From the NCBI GenBank assembly GCA_028817405.1, contig JAPPPS010000121.1, positions 9,139-73,138 on the forward strand: a stretch of DNA of 64,000 nt. The letters run 5' to 3'. The translations under genes were made by a program, and so were the position numbers. Each line of letters begins with the position of its first letter. Position 1 is the stretch's first letter. This document shows positions 18,824 through 28,577 of this stretch, one piece after another. The stretch comes from Gammaproteobacteria bacterium. GTDB taxonomy: Bacteria; Pseudomonadota; Gammaproteobacteria; Arenicellales; Poriferihabitantaceae. The notes below the pieces were generated by a model. It was not told where the DNA came from. It worked only from the letters and a program-made list of their open reading frames with translations, and ran no database searches.

Positions 18824-21142
18824 TCAAATCTCGACATATTCGCGTTTGAACGGCGGGGCGTCGCGGTCGGGGGGTGCGCCGAATTCGCGGGCGTAGCGGT
18901 GGCCGTCGTAGACCGCGGCCGCGATGGTGGCGGGGGCCAGGCAGTCGCCGATGCGTATAAGCGAACTCACGCCGGCTGCGGATAAAGAGTCGCCGACTGT
19001 CGCTGTTGAATCGATGACCGTCGCCGTTGAATCGCGGGCCGCGGTTTCATCACTGACCGTCGCCGTTGAATCGCGGGCCGCGGCTCCGTTATCGCCCGGG
19101 CCGTCGCCGGCGTTCAGTTGCAAATATAATTCATCGCGCGGTTGGCGGGCGGTGACCATGAGCACGGTGTCGGCGGCGAGGGCGCGCGATTTTTCGCTGC
19201 TGACATGCTGCAACTCGACTTGGCTTTCCGCGATGCGCTGCAGGCGGTGTTTTTCGATGACGGTGATTCCCAAATCGTGCAACCGTTTTTCGATGCGCGG
19301 TTGCTCCAGCGTGTTGTGCGTCCACGCCGCGACATCGGCGGCCGGGGTGACCAACTCGACCGAGTCGACGCCCGGCGCGGCAACCAACTTTTCCGCGAGA
19401 ACATTCGCCATGTAGTAGTGGTCGTCATCGTAAATCACCACGCGGCCGCGCGCGGGGTTTTCATTTTCACCGTCGCCGCCGTCCATCACATCGTCCGGGC
19501 TGATGATGCGCGCGCCATCGTGCATTGGAATCGGCTCACGGTGCGCGCGGCCGGTGCCGTCGCGCGCCCAGGCCGCGCCGGTGGCGATGACCACATGCGC
19601 GGCGCCCAACTCGCGCGCGAACTCCGCGACTTGCGCGGCGTCCAAGCGACTCTCGGTGAACGCCTGCACCGCCGGCAGTTTGCCGAGTTGCGCGAGGCGG
19701 TAGTCGGCCACGCGCTTCCAGGTGGCGAGGCCCGGCAACCGCGACTCGCGCAACACCCGTCCGCCGAGTTGCGCGCCGGCTTCGGCCAGGGTTACCCGGC
19801 AACCGCGCTGACCCAACGCCATGGCCGCTTCCAAACCGGCCGGGCCGCCGCCGATGATTAACACCGCCGGCGCGGAGTCGGCCGCGGATTTGCCCGCGGC
19901 TGTTGTCACGGAGTTGCCAGTCGATTTACCCGCGGATTTACCCGCGACGCCGGTCGCCGATTCGGCCGCCGATTCAGCCGCAGCCAAAACCACCGGCGCG
20001 ATTTTTTCCGGGTGCCAGCCGCGCCGGTATTCCTCGCCCATAGTCGGGTTTTGCGTGCAGCGAATCGGGCGCACCGTCATGTCGCCGGACACGCAGATGT
20101 TGCAGCCGATGCATTCGCGGATGTCGTCCGCGCGCCCGGCGTCGATTTTGGCCGGCAAAAACGGGTCGGCAATCGACGGCCGCGCCGCGCCGATGAAGTC
20201 GAGAACGCCGCGTTTGATTTGCGACACCATCGCATCCGGCGAAGTGAACCGTCCGACGCCGACCACCGGCTTATTCGTCACGCGCTTGACGAACGCGGTA
20301 TACGGCTCCTGAAATCCTTCTTCGGCAAAACGCGCACTCATGGAATCGTTCGACCAGTCGCTGATATTCACATCCCACAAGTCCGGCGCCTCGGCCAACA
20401 TCTCCACCACCTCGCGCCCTTCATGCGCGGCTTGAATGCCGGCATCGCCGGCCAGTTCATCGACCGCAAAGCGCAACGCCACCGCGCACCGGTCGCCGAC
20501 CGCGTCCTTGGTGTCTTCCAGCAACTCGCGCACGAATCGTACGCGGTTTTCCAAACTGCCGCCGTATTCGTCGCCGCGACGGTTGCGCCGGCGGGTGATG
20601 AAATGAAACGCCAGCGCCAAGTCATGGCCCGCATACACATACACGATGTCGAAGCCGACGGCGCGCGCGCGCAACGCCGCTTGGCGATGCCACCTGCGGA
20701 CATCGGCGATGTCGCGCTTGGACATCGCAAACGCCTGCGCCGGCTCATGACTGTCCATCATCATTCTTGAGACGCCCATGGCCGGCAGGCGGCTGTAAAG
20801 GTTCGCCGAGGCGTGGCCGTTATGGGTGATTTCAATCGCGGCCAGCGAACCGTGCGCATGCACCGCATCGGCCATCAATCGCAAGCGACCGGCGTCGGCG
20901 TCGTCCCACAACCGTCCCTCGATATACGGCGACCATTCCGAACTGGGGTGGATTTCCACCTCCTGCGTCGACACCACGCCCCAGCCGCCCTCGGCCTTGA
21001 TGCCGCGCTGCGCCGCCTCGCCATGCGGATAAACATGCCCCATGCCGTTGCAATGCGGCACTTGATAAAACCGGTTGCGCGCGGTCACCGGCCCGATGGC
21101 CACCGGCTCAAACAAAATGTCATAACGCGGGTCGCGAGGCAT
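18824..21142 (-). CDS. trimethylamine/dimethylamine/histamine dehydrogenase-family flavoprotein (OYE-like FMN/4Fe-4S N-domain plus ADP-binding C-domain)
   Basis: MPRDPRYDILFEPVAIGPVTARNRFYQVPHC...GFDIVYVYAGHD...YGGSLENRVRF...CIGCNICVS...CTQNPTMGEEYRRGWHPE closely parallels the trimethylamine dehydrogenase sequence as I remember it. Confidence 0.8.
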   Translation of the reverse strand: MPRDPRYDILFEPVAIGPVTARNRFYQVPHCNGMGHVYPHGEAAQRGIKAEGGWGVVSTQEVEIHPSSEWSPYIEGRLWDDADAGRLRLMADAVHAHGSLAAIEITHNGHASANLYSRLPAMGVSRMMMDSHEPAQAFAMSKRDIADVRRWHRQAALRARAVGFDIVYVYAGHDLALAFHFITRRRNRRGDEYGGSLENRVRFVRELLEDTKDAVGDRCAVALRFAVDELAGDAGIQAAHEGREVVEMLAEAPDLWDVNISDWSNDSMSARFAEEGFQEPYTAFVKRVTNKPVVGVGRFTSPDAMVSQIKRGVLDFIGAARPSIADPFLPAKIDAGRADDIRECIGCNICVSGDMTVRPIRCTQNPTMGEEYRRGWHPEKIAPVVLAAAESAAESATGVAGKSAGKSTGNSVTTAAGKSAADSAPAVLIIGGGPAGLEAAMALGQRGCRVTLAEAGAQLGGRVLRESRLPGLATWKRVADYRLAQLGKLPAVQAFTESRLDAAQVAEFARELGAAHVVIATGAAWARDGTGRAHREPIPMHDGARIISPDDVMDGGDGENENPARGRVVIYDDDHYYMANVLAEKLVAAPGVDSVELVTPAADVAAWTHNTLEQPRIEKRLHDLGITVIEKHRLQRIAESQVELQHVSSEKSRALAADTVLMVTARQPRDELYLQLNAGDGPGDNGAAARDSTATVSDETAARDSTATVIDSTATVGDSLSAAGVSSLIRIGDCLAPATIAAAVYDGHRYAREFGAPPDRDAPPFKREYVEI
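19016..19093. repeat. 39-bp in-frame tandem repeat (2 copies plus a degenerate third upstream)
   Basis: GACCGTCGCCGTTGAATCGCGGGCCGCGG is repeated at 19016 and 19055. It encodes AARDSTATV repeats in the dehydrogenase. Confidence 0.9.
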
Positions 21143-21178
21143 GGGATTCTCCGGTTGCGGTTGATGATTGGCCGCCGA

Positions 21179-22687
21179 TTATAAATACCACGCGGCATCG
21201 GCAGCGCCGCTGTCGATGAGGGCGCGGTATTCTGCCAACTTGCAGGCGCAGTAGGCGTCGATGTATTGCGCGCCGAAATAGGCGCGCAGGATGCGGCCGC
21301 GCCGGCAGGCGTCCAGCGCAGATTCCAAGTCGCGCGGCAGGCCGGGGGCGACTTGCGCGCCGGCGTCGCCATGCGCCGGCCGGCCGGGGTCGATTTGATT
21401 CTGCAGGCCGTGGTGCATGCCGGCCAACGCCGCCGCCAACGCCAAGTATGGATTCGCATCGGCGCCGGCCACGCGGTGTTCGATGCGCAAGTCGCGGCCC
21501 GCGCGGTCTTTGCATTTCGGCACGCGCATCGCCACCGAGCGGTTGTCGAAACCCCAGTTGACGCGCACCGGCACATACTGGTCGGGCTTCAGGCGGGCGC
21601 GGGAATTGCGGTTGGGCGCGAACACCGCCATCGATTCCGCCTGCGCCGATTTCATCCCGCCGATGGCGTGGAGTAACGACGGGGAGGGGGTGGGGTGGTC
21701 AGCGGGAACGCGGCCGCGGTTACCGTCACCGTAGTCACCGTCACCGTCGGTTTTACCGTCGACATGGTTACCGTCGCGGCTACGGTTACCGTCACCGGCG
21801 TCATCACCGTCATGGTCGCCACCGCGGTTACCGTCGCCGGAGTCACCGTCGCCGCCCGCAAACACATTTTCCCCCTTGTCGTTCAGCAAACTGATGTGCA
21901 AGTGCAATCCGCTGCCGGCCCGGCCCGGATACGGCTTCGCCATAAAAGTCGCGCACAAGTTGTGCCGGCGCGCCACGCTTTGCACCGCGTGACGAAACAG
22001 CACGCACTGGTCAGCAACTCGCAACGGTTCGCCGTGGCTTAAGTTGATTTCAAACTGGCCCGGCGCGTATTCCGCCGACATCGGGCCGCAAGCGATGCCC
22101 TGCTGCGCGCAGGCGGCGGCGACTGCATGCAGGAATTCGCCGAAGTCCTCCACGCGCGCGAGGCTGTACACCTGGGTGGCGGCGTCGCGCGTACCGCTGA
22201 GCGGCCCGCGCGGCGGACGCAACCTTCGGCCGCGCAAGTGCAGCGGGTCAACCAAATAAAACTCCAACTCAAACGCCGCCACCGGGCGCAAGTGTTGCTC
22301 CTCAAACCGCGCCAGCGTCCGCGCCAACACATTGCGCGGTTCGTAGTAATACGGCGCGCCGCCGGCGTCGCGCAGCGTGAGCAGTACTTGCGCGGTCGGC
22401 TGCCCGGCCCATGGCGACGGCGCGAGGCTGCCGGGCAACGGTACGCCGGTGGCGTCCGGGTCGCCGTCCGAGAAGCCCAAGCCTTTGGGGTCGAGGCTGT
22501 CGCCGGTCACCGCCAACATGCAAGTCGAGCCGGGCAGATTCACACCGCCTTGGAAAATCTGCGCGGCCGCGCCGATGGGGTAACGCTTGCCGCGCATCAC
22601 GGCCGACAAATCGCACAGCAGCGCGTCGACATAACGCGTGTTCGGATGCCGCCGTAGGTAGGCGTCAAGGGGCGTTGGGGAGGTCAT
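21179..22687 (-). CDS. glutamine synthetase-family (type III / gamma-glutamyl-amine synthetase-like) enzyme
   Basis: Part of ORF 21179-22741; the start is ATG 22685-22687 (MTSPTPLDAYL). Glutamine synthetase blocks MAKPYPGRAGSGLHLHISL and NRSVAMRVP are present. The gene carries a Gly/Asp-rich insert of about 50 aa (21712-21858). Confidence 0.8.
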   Translation of the reverse strand: MTSPTPLDAYLRRHPNTRYVDALLCDLSAVMRGKRYPIGAAAQIFQGGVNLPGSTCMLAVTGDSLDPKGLGFSDGDPDATGVPLPGSLAPSPWAGQPTAQVLLTLRDAGGAPYYYEPRNVLARTLARFEEQHLRPVAAFELEFYLVDPLHLRGRRLRPPRGPLSGTRDAATQVYSLARVEDFGEFLHAVAAACAQQGIACGPMSAEYAPGQFEINLSHGEPLRVADQCVLFRHAVQSVARRHNLCATFMAKPYPGRAGSGLHLHISLLNDKGENVFAGGDGDSGDGNRGGDHDGDDAGDGNRSRDGNHVDGKTDGDGDYGDGNRGRVPADHPTPSPSLLHAIGGMKSAQAESMAVFAPNRNSRARLKPDQYVPVRVNWGFDNRSVAMRVPKCKDRAGRDLRIEHRVAGADANPYLALAAALAGMHHGLQNQIDPGRPAHGDAGAQVAPGLPRDLESALDACRRGRILRAYFGAQYIDAYCACKLAEYRALIDSGAADAAWYL

Positions 22688-22753
22688 AACGAAAACGCCG
22701 CGGCGGTGCGCGCGCATTGTGCCGGCGCATGGCCGCGGCAATGCGCGCGCCGG

Positions 22754-24256
22754 TTACGCATCCGACGGCAGTTCGCCCTGCAGCGCCTGGCCGGTGCGCG
22801 GATGCGCCATGGCCGGCAGTTTCGGGTGGAGGTTTTGGAAATATTCGTCCAGCGACCACATCACCAGACGGTCGAATTTGCTGTGGCCGATTTCCAGTTT
22901 GCCGGCCTTGCCGACCCATTGCTTCACCGTCGGCGTGTCAAACTTCTCCAGCGTGATAAAAATTCCCAACGCGAAGTTCCCGCCCTGCAGCGTGGAAACA
23001 AAAGCCTTCAATTGGTCCACCGTCGGCTTGCCGCCCTTCACCTGCGCAATCGCCAGCGCGTCTTCGAGCGCGAAGATTTTCGCCCGACCGTCGATGCCGG
23101 AATCGCCGCGCTGCACGGTGTTGGGCGCGAAGCCTTCCAGCCGCGTCACCGCCCACTTCTCAAAATCAAACGGATTGTTGGCGGCGAAGTGTTTGGCGGC
23201 GCGCAAGTCTTTCGGCACCCCCTCCAAACGAATGCGCAAGTCGCGCATCCGCTCGCGCCGAATCACTTCGATGGCGTAGGTGGAAATGTCGATGCCGAGC
23301 CACTTGCGCTTCAAGTTATGCGCGGCGTGAATGGTGGTGCCGCAGCCGCAGAACGGGTCCAGCACGACATCGCCTTGGTTGCTGCTCGCCTGAATAATTC
23401 GCTCCAGCAACGCCAGCGGTTTTTGCGTGGGGTAGCCGAGACGTTCTTGCGAGTAACGGCCAACCGCGTTCAAATCAACCCACCAGTCGCGCGCGTTCAC
23501 CAGCGTAAAATACGCGCCCGAATTATCATCCCGGTAAATTCGCATCTTGTCGCGGCCGCTCATGTATTCCCACCATTTAATTCCTTCTTCGAGGCCCGAT
23601 GCGAGCGCGTTTTTAATGTACGAACGCTCGATGTCTTCCGCCGGTTGGTCGATAGTCGAGCGCGTCTTCTCAACATTATGCCGGTACAGCCGCGCGTCTT
23701 TGGCGTACATCAAAAGAATGTCGTGCTTGGTCGCCCAGCGCTTTGTGCCGGCGCCGCCGGTGCGGTAACACCACACAACTTCATTGCGAAAGTTTTTCGC
23801 GCCGAACACTTCATCCATGATGAGTTTAAGATAATGACTGGCGGTCGGGTCGCAGTGCAAATAAATGCTGCCGGTGTTCCTCAACAATCGCGGCATCTCG
23901 GCGACGCGCTCAGCCATATACGAAAGATACGACAGCATGCCGCTGCCGTCCGGCCAGATGCGGCTTAACGCATCCATCGCGCGGTGCGCCGGATGCGCCA
24001 CCGCCCGCTTGATATTATCCACCCGCGCTTGCGCGTTTTCGTCCCAATACCAAGTGTCGGCGAAGGCCGTCATCTGCGCCAGGTCAGCATCTTCCGGGCC
24101 GCGCGCCTTGTTGCCGAAGATGATGTTGTAGTTCGCCTTGGAATTAAACGGCGGGTCGAGATAAATCAAATCCACGCTCTGCCCATCCCACTCCCGCATC
24201 ACCTCCAGGCAGTCGCCGTAGTACAGCGCGTTGGTGCGGAACGGTTGAGATTGCAT
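22754..24256 (-). CDS. beta-class N4/N6 DNA methyltransferase fused to a C-terminal Mrr-type restriction-endonuclease domain
   Basis: The methyltransferase motifs are IYLDPPFNS (motif IV) and VLDPFCGCGTT (motif I). The C-terminus reads FEKWAV...GDSGIDGRAKI...IAQVKGG...GIFITLEKFDTP, which is typical of the Mrr catalytic domain. Confidence 0.75.
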   Translation of the reverse strand: MQSQPFRTNALYYGDCLEVMREWDGQSVDLIYLDPPFNSKANYNIIFGNKARGPEDADLAQMTAFADTWYWDENAQARVDNIKRAVAHPAHRAMDALSRIWPDGSGMLSYLSYMAERVAEMPRLLRNTGSIYLHCDPTASHYLKLIMDEVFGAKNFRNEVVWCYRTGGAGTKRWATKHDILLMYAKDARLYRHNVEKTRSTIDQPAEDIERSYIKNALASGLEEGIKWWEYMSGRDKMRIYRDDNSGAYFTLVNARDWWVDLNAVGRYSQERLGYPTQKPLALLERIIQASSNQGDVVLDPFCGCGTTIHAAHNLKRKWLGIDISTYAIEVIRRERMRDLRIRLEGVPKDLRAAKHFAANNPFDFEKWAVTRLEGFAPNTVQRGDSGIDGRAKIFALEDALAIAQVKGGKPTVDQLKAFVSTLQGGNFALGIFITLEKFDTPTVKQWVGKAGKLEIGHSKFDRLVMWSLDEYFQNLHPKLPAMAHPRTGQALQGELPSDA

Positions 24257-24301
24257 GGTCTGAACTCCGGGAAATCGCCGCGCGTTGCCGGCGCGCCGCG
24301 A

Positions 24302-25357
24302 TTATAACCGCAACCACCAATTGTCGGCGCGCGCGCGGCGCATGAGTTGGTATTCGCGGCGGGCGATGAACACGCCGCTGCCGACCACGATGGCGGCGCC
24401 GAGCAGCGTGGCCGGCGACAGCACCTCGCCATACACCAAAAACGCGATGAGCGCCGCCCACACCAGCGTGAAGTAGTGAAACGGCTGCAGAATCACGGCC
24501 GGCGCCAGCGCCAGCGCTTTGATGAGAAGGAGGTGGCCGATAATCGAAGTGGCGCTGATGACTAACAGCCACGCGGCCTCGGTCGCGCCGACCGGCTGCC
24601 AGTAAAACGGCGCGAGAAGCGCGGCCCCGGCGAAGCCGACCACGCCGACATACAGCAGCGAAGTTTCGGCCGAATCCTGCGCCGCGGCCTTGCGCGTGAG
24701 CACATTATACAGCGCGAACATCAGCGCCGAAGTCAGCGCCACCGCCATAATCGGCTGGAACACCGCGCTGCCGGGGCGCAGAATAATCAGCGTGCCGATG
24801 AAGCCGAAACACACCGCCAGCCACCGCCGCCAGCCGACCGACTCGCGCAAGAGCGGCACCGACAACGCGGTGGCGATGAGCGGGAAGCAAGCCATGATGG
24901 CGTGCATTTCCGCCAGGCCCAAGAAGCGAATCGCGTACGCGAACACCATGATTTCGCCGCCGATGAGTAGACTTCGGAGAATCTGCAAGCCGGGCTGGCG
25001 GGTGGCGAAGGCGGATTTGAGTCGGAGGAGGGTGTTGGCGATTTTGCCGCGGGCGCGGGTTTTTTCATTGCCGCGGTCGCTGATTTCGTTACGGTCGCCG
25101 TCGCCGGTTTTTTCATCGATGCCACCGCCGCCGCGGTTTTTACGCTCAATCTGCCGCTGCGCGTAGATGAGCGCGAACAGCGCGAAGAAGAAAAACCGCA
25201 CCGCCACGATTTGCGGCACCGCCAGGGTCTGCACCAAGTGTTTGGTCAGCGCGTCTTGCGAGGCGAAGAACAGCGTCGAAATCACCAACATCGCCACCGC
25301 CGCGACCGGGCGGTCGGCACGGTCGGCGGCGGTGCCGCGGGCGGAGCGGGCGCGCAT
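24302..25357 (-). CDS. EamA/DMT-family transporter
   Basis: Part of ORF 24302-25621; the start is ATG 25355-25357. About 10 hydrophobic segments form two EamA-like halves, and one loop holds a Gly/Asp/Lys-rich insert. Confidence 0.7.
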   Translation of the reverse strand: MRARSARGTAADRADRPVAAVAMLVISTLFFASQDALTKHLVQTLAVPQIVAVRFFFFALFALIYAQRQIERKNRGGGGIDEKTGDGDRNEISDRGNEKTRARGKIANTLLRLKSAFATRQPGLQILRSLLIGGEIMVFAYAIRFLGLAEMHAIMACFPLIATALSVPLLRESVGWRRWLAVCFGFIGTLIILRPGSAVFQPIMAVALTSALMFALYNVLTRKAAAQDSAETSLLYVGVVGFAGAALLAPFYWQPVGATEAAWLLVISATSIIGHLLLIKALALAPAVILQPFHYFTLVWAALIAFLVYGEVLSPATLLGAAIVVGSGVFIARREYQLMRRARADNWWLRL

Positions 25358-25457
25358 GCGGGCGGGGAATTGCTGGCGGGGCGCGGGTGGACGGTGGGCG
25401 GGTTGGCGATTTGGCGGCGGGGAGCGACGGCAACGCAGCGGAAATAACACAGCGGAT

Positions 25458-26273
25458 TCAGCGCGCGCCGGCACCGTCGCTTTCACCGTCACCGTCACCG
25501 GCACCGTCGCCGCCGGCACCGTCGCTTTCACCGTTACCGTTACCATCGCCGGCACCGTTACCGTCACCGTCGCCGCCACCGCCCACCGCCACCGTCGCCA
25601 ACGCCGCGCGCATCGCCGCAATCACGCTGTCGTAGCGGTTCGGGTCCGCGCCCTTGCCCGCGCCGAAAATCGCGCTGCCCGCGACAAAAGTGTCGGCCCC
25701 CGCGCGCGCGATGGCGGCGATGTTGTCGAGATTCACGCCGCCGTCGATTTCCAGGCGAATCGCGCGCCCGCTGGCGTCGATGATTCGCCGCGCCGCCGCC
25801 AACTTGCCGAGCGTCGCGGGGATGAACCTTTGCCCGCCGAAGCCGGGGTTGACCGACATCAGCAGCACCATGTCCACTTTGTCGATGACATGTTCCAGCA
25901 GCGTGAGCGGCGTGGCCGGGTTGAACACCAGGCCGGCGCGGCAGTCGCAACCGAGAATCAATTCCAGCGAACGGTCGATATGCTCCGAGGCCTCCGGGTG
26001 GAAAGTGATGTAACTCGCGCCCGCGGCCGCGAAGTCGGGGATGATGCGGTCGACCGGCTTGACCATCAAATGCGCGTCGATGGGCGCGGTCACGCCGTAG
26101 TTGCGCAGCGCCTCGCACACCAGCGGCCCCAGCGTCAGGTTCGGCACATAATGGTTGTCCATCACATCAAAATGCACCATATCCGCCCCCGCCCGCAGCG
26201 CCCGGTCGACCTCCTCCCCCAGCCGCGCCAAATCGGCGGCCAGAATCGAAGGAGCAATCAAGTAATCAGCCAT
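25458..26273 (-). CDS. rpe: ribulose-phosphate 3-epimerase with a ~45-aa Gly/Asp C-terminal tail
   Basis: Start ATG 26271-26273 ([22 protein letters not shown]). The blocks [14 protein letters not shown] and [10 protein letters not shown] are present. The tail reads [41 protein letters not shown]. Confidence 0.9.
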   Translation of the reverse strand: MADYLIAPSILAADLARLGEEVDRALRAGADMVHFDVMDNHYVPNLTLGPLVCEALRNYGVTAPIDAHLMVKPVDRIIPDFAAAGASYITFHPEASEHIDRSLELILGCDCRAGLVFNPATPLTLLEHVIDKVDMVLLMSVNPGFGGQRFIPATLGKLAAARRIIDASGRAIRLEIDGGVNLDNIAAIARAGADTFVAGSAIFGAGKGADPNRYDSVIAAMRAALATVAVGGGGDGDGNGAGDGNGNGESDGAGGDGAGDGDGESDGAGAR

Positions 26274-26366
26274 ACAGATGCGGAAACCGGCGCCGACAAC
26301 AAAACCACGGAAGCGGTAGATTAACCGATTAACCCGCACAAGTCAGCGGTTCATCGTTGCCGGCGC

Positions 26367-28577
26367 TCACGCAATTCCCAGCGTGGATTTTCGGCGCGCG
26401 CTCCAGGCTTGGATGATGCGGTCGGCGATGATGGCGATGAGGGCGATGCCGAGGCCGGCGACCAGGCCGAGGCCGGGGTCAGCGTTGCTTAAGGCGATAT
26501 ACACCGACTGCCCCAAGCCGCGGCTGCCGACCAAGGCGGTGATGACCAACATCGCCAGCGCGAACAGCACGGTTTGGTTGACGCCCAACATGATTTCCGG
26601 CAGCGCCAGCGGCATTTTCACCTCCCATAATAATTGCCGGCGCGTGCATCCCATGGCGATGGCGGCCTCGACGCTGGCGGCCGGCACATGGCGCAGACCG
26701 TGTTCGGTGTATCTGATGGTGGGGACGATGGCGTACGCGATGATGGCGAGGAACGAGGTGAATTCGCCGATTTGGAAGAACATCAAAAACGGAATCAAAA
26801 TGACGAACAGCGGCATGCTCTGCAGCGTGTCGTTGATGGGGCGCAGGAAGTTGGAGACGCGGCGGTTGGCGCTCGCCCACACGCCCAACGCGCCGCCGCC
26901 GAGCGCGCACACCAGCACCGCGGCCGCGCACAAATACACCGACAGCATAGCCTGCGCCCACACGCCGGTGAGCAGCATGAAAGCCCAGCCGCCGGCCGAC
27001 AACAGCGCCACGCGCCGCCCGCCGACTTGCCACGCCAGCAGCGTACTCGCCAAAATGAACGGCGGCCACGGCAGGCCGGTGACGCCGAAATACAACACGC
27101 CGCCGCCGACCACCGCAGCCACGGCCGGCCGCCAGCCGCGCCACGCGAACAATCGCCAGGCGATGACGCCGACCGCGGCCGCATAGCCCCACACCAACCC
27201 CGGCGTCAACGCAACTCCCCATGAAAACGGCGTGACCGCTTGGCTCAAGCCGATTTTCAGCGGCAGGAGGTAGTAGAACAACGCCGCGTGTTTGACCGCG
27301 TCGGTGGCCGCGGAGTAGTTGGCGGTGACGAAACGCAGGGCCGCGTTGATGGCGTCGGCGGGGTAGAACACCCACGCCTCGGGGTAGACGCGCGCCGCGG
27401 GGATGAACGCGGTTGCGCCGGCAAAAATGGCGAGCGCGATGAGCGTGAGCAGCCATGGTTTCAGCCGGCCGTGGCGGCCGTGGCCGCGGCCACCACGGCC
27501 ACCACGGCCATGGTTGCGTGACCGGCCGGCCGCGGCTGCGCCGCGTCCGGCCCGGTCGGCGAATCCCCAACTAATGCGGTCCAACAGCATCGCAATCAGC
27601 GCGATGACGATGCCGGCAAGCAGACTCTGGCCGAACTGCGCCTTGCGCATGGTGCTCAGCACTTCCCAGCCGATGTCCGCGGAGCCGCCGATGATGGCGG
27701 CGATAATCACCATGCTGAGCGCGGCCATGGTGGTTTGGTTGACGCCGACCATGAGCGCCGGCAGCGCGCTCGGCGCCTGCACCCACCAGAATAATTGCGG
27801 CCCGGTCGCGCCGCAAATCAGGCCCGATTCCAGCGCCTCGCGCGGCACCCGGCGCAAGCCGAGCAGGGTGTTGCGCACCATCGGCGGGCAGGCGTAAATC
27901 GCGCTCGCCACCACGCCGACCACGGGGCCGAAGCCGAACAGCAACAAAATCGGAATGAGATACGCGAAGGTCGGCACCGTCTGCATTAAGTCCAGCAGCG
28001 GCTGCACCACGCGGTCGACGCGCTTTGAGCGGTGCGCGGCCACGCCGAGCGCGAAGCCGGCCGCTAACGCCAGCGGAATGGAGACCAGCACGCTGCCCAA
28101 GGTGTTCATGCTTGGCGACCAGTGGCCGGTGAGCGCCATGTAGAACAGCGCCGCGGCGGCGAACAGCGCCAGTTTCCAGCCGGAGGCGGCGAACGCCAGC
28201 GCGCAAAACGCGGCCATGGTGGCCGGCCACGGCAACCACTGCAGCAACGCCTGCGCGCCGGCCAGCGGCCACCCTAACAACCAGTTGGCGGCGCGGAACA
28301 GCCACTTGAACGCGCCGATGAACCAGACCATAAACGCGTTGAACCAGTCGGCGACCGGGACGACAAACGCCGGCGGCAGGTCCAGCAGCCACGGCGCGCG
28401 CCCGCGCAGCGCGATGCAAACCGCGGCGACGGTGATGACCGCGAGCCAAGCGGCGAGGCGGCGACGGTCGGCGGGTTTCATCAATCCGTCACCCCCGCAG
28501 TCTGTTGAGCGGGGGCGGCCAAGTCCACTGTCACCATCGATTTCACCGTCACCATCGCGCGCACCGTCACCGCGCAT
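26367..28577 (-). CDS. ABC transporter permease with two fused ProW-like transmembrane modules
   Basis: Part of ORF 26367-28580; the ATG at 28575-28577 overlaps the ATPase stop (TGATG), and an alternative ATG lies at 28481. Two similar permease modules are visible (MQTVPTFAYLIPILLLFG... and LQSMPLFVILIPFLMFFQ...). Confidence 0.8.
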   Translation of the reverse strand: MRGDGARDGDGEIDGDSGLGRPRSTDCGGDGLMKPADRRRLAAWLAVITVAAVCIALRGRAPWLLDLPPAFVVPVADWFNAFMVWFIGAFKWLFRAANWLLGWPLAGAQALLQWLPWPATMAAFCALAFAASGWKLALFAAAALFYMALTGHWSPSMNTLGSVLVSIPLALAAGFALGVAAHRSKRVDRVVQPLLDLMQTVPTFAYLIPILLLFGFGPVVGVVASAIYACPPMVRNTLLGLRRVPREALESGLICGATGPQLFWWVQAPSALPALMVGVNQTTMAALSMVIIAAIIGGSADIGWEVLSTMRKAQFGQSLLAGIVIALIAMLLDRISWGFADRAGRGAAAAGRSRNHGRGGRGGRGHGRHGRLKPWLLTLIALAIFAGATAFIPAARVYPEAWVFYPADAINAALRFVTANYSAATDAVKHAALFYYLLPLKIGLSQAVTPFSWGVALTPGLVWGYAAAVGVIAWRLFAWRGWRPAVAAVVGGGVLYFGVTGLPWPPFILASTLLAWQVGGRRVALLSAGGWAFMLLTGVWAQAMLSVYLCAAAVLVCALGGGALGVWASANRRVSNFLRPINDTLQSMPLFVILIPFLMFFQIGEFTSFLAIIAYAIVPTIRYTEHGLRHVPAASVEAAIAMGCTRRQLLWEVKMPLALPEIMLGVNQTVLFALAMLVITALVGSRGLGQSVYIALSNADPGLGLVAGLGIALIAIIADRIIQAWSARRKSTLGIA

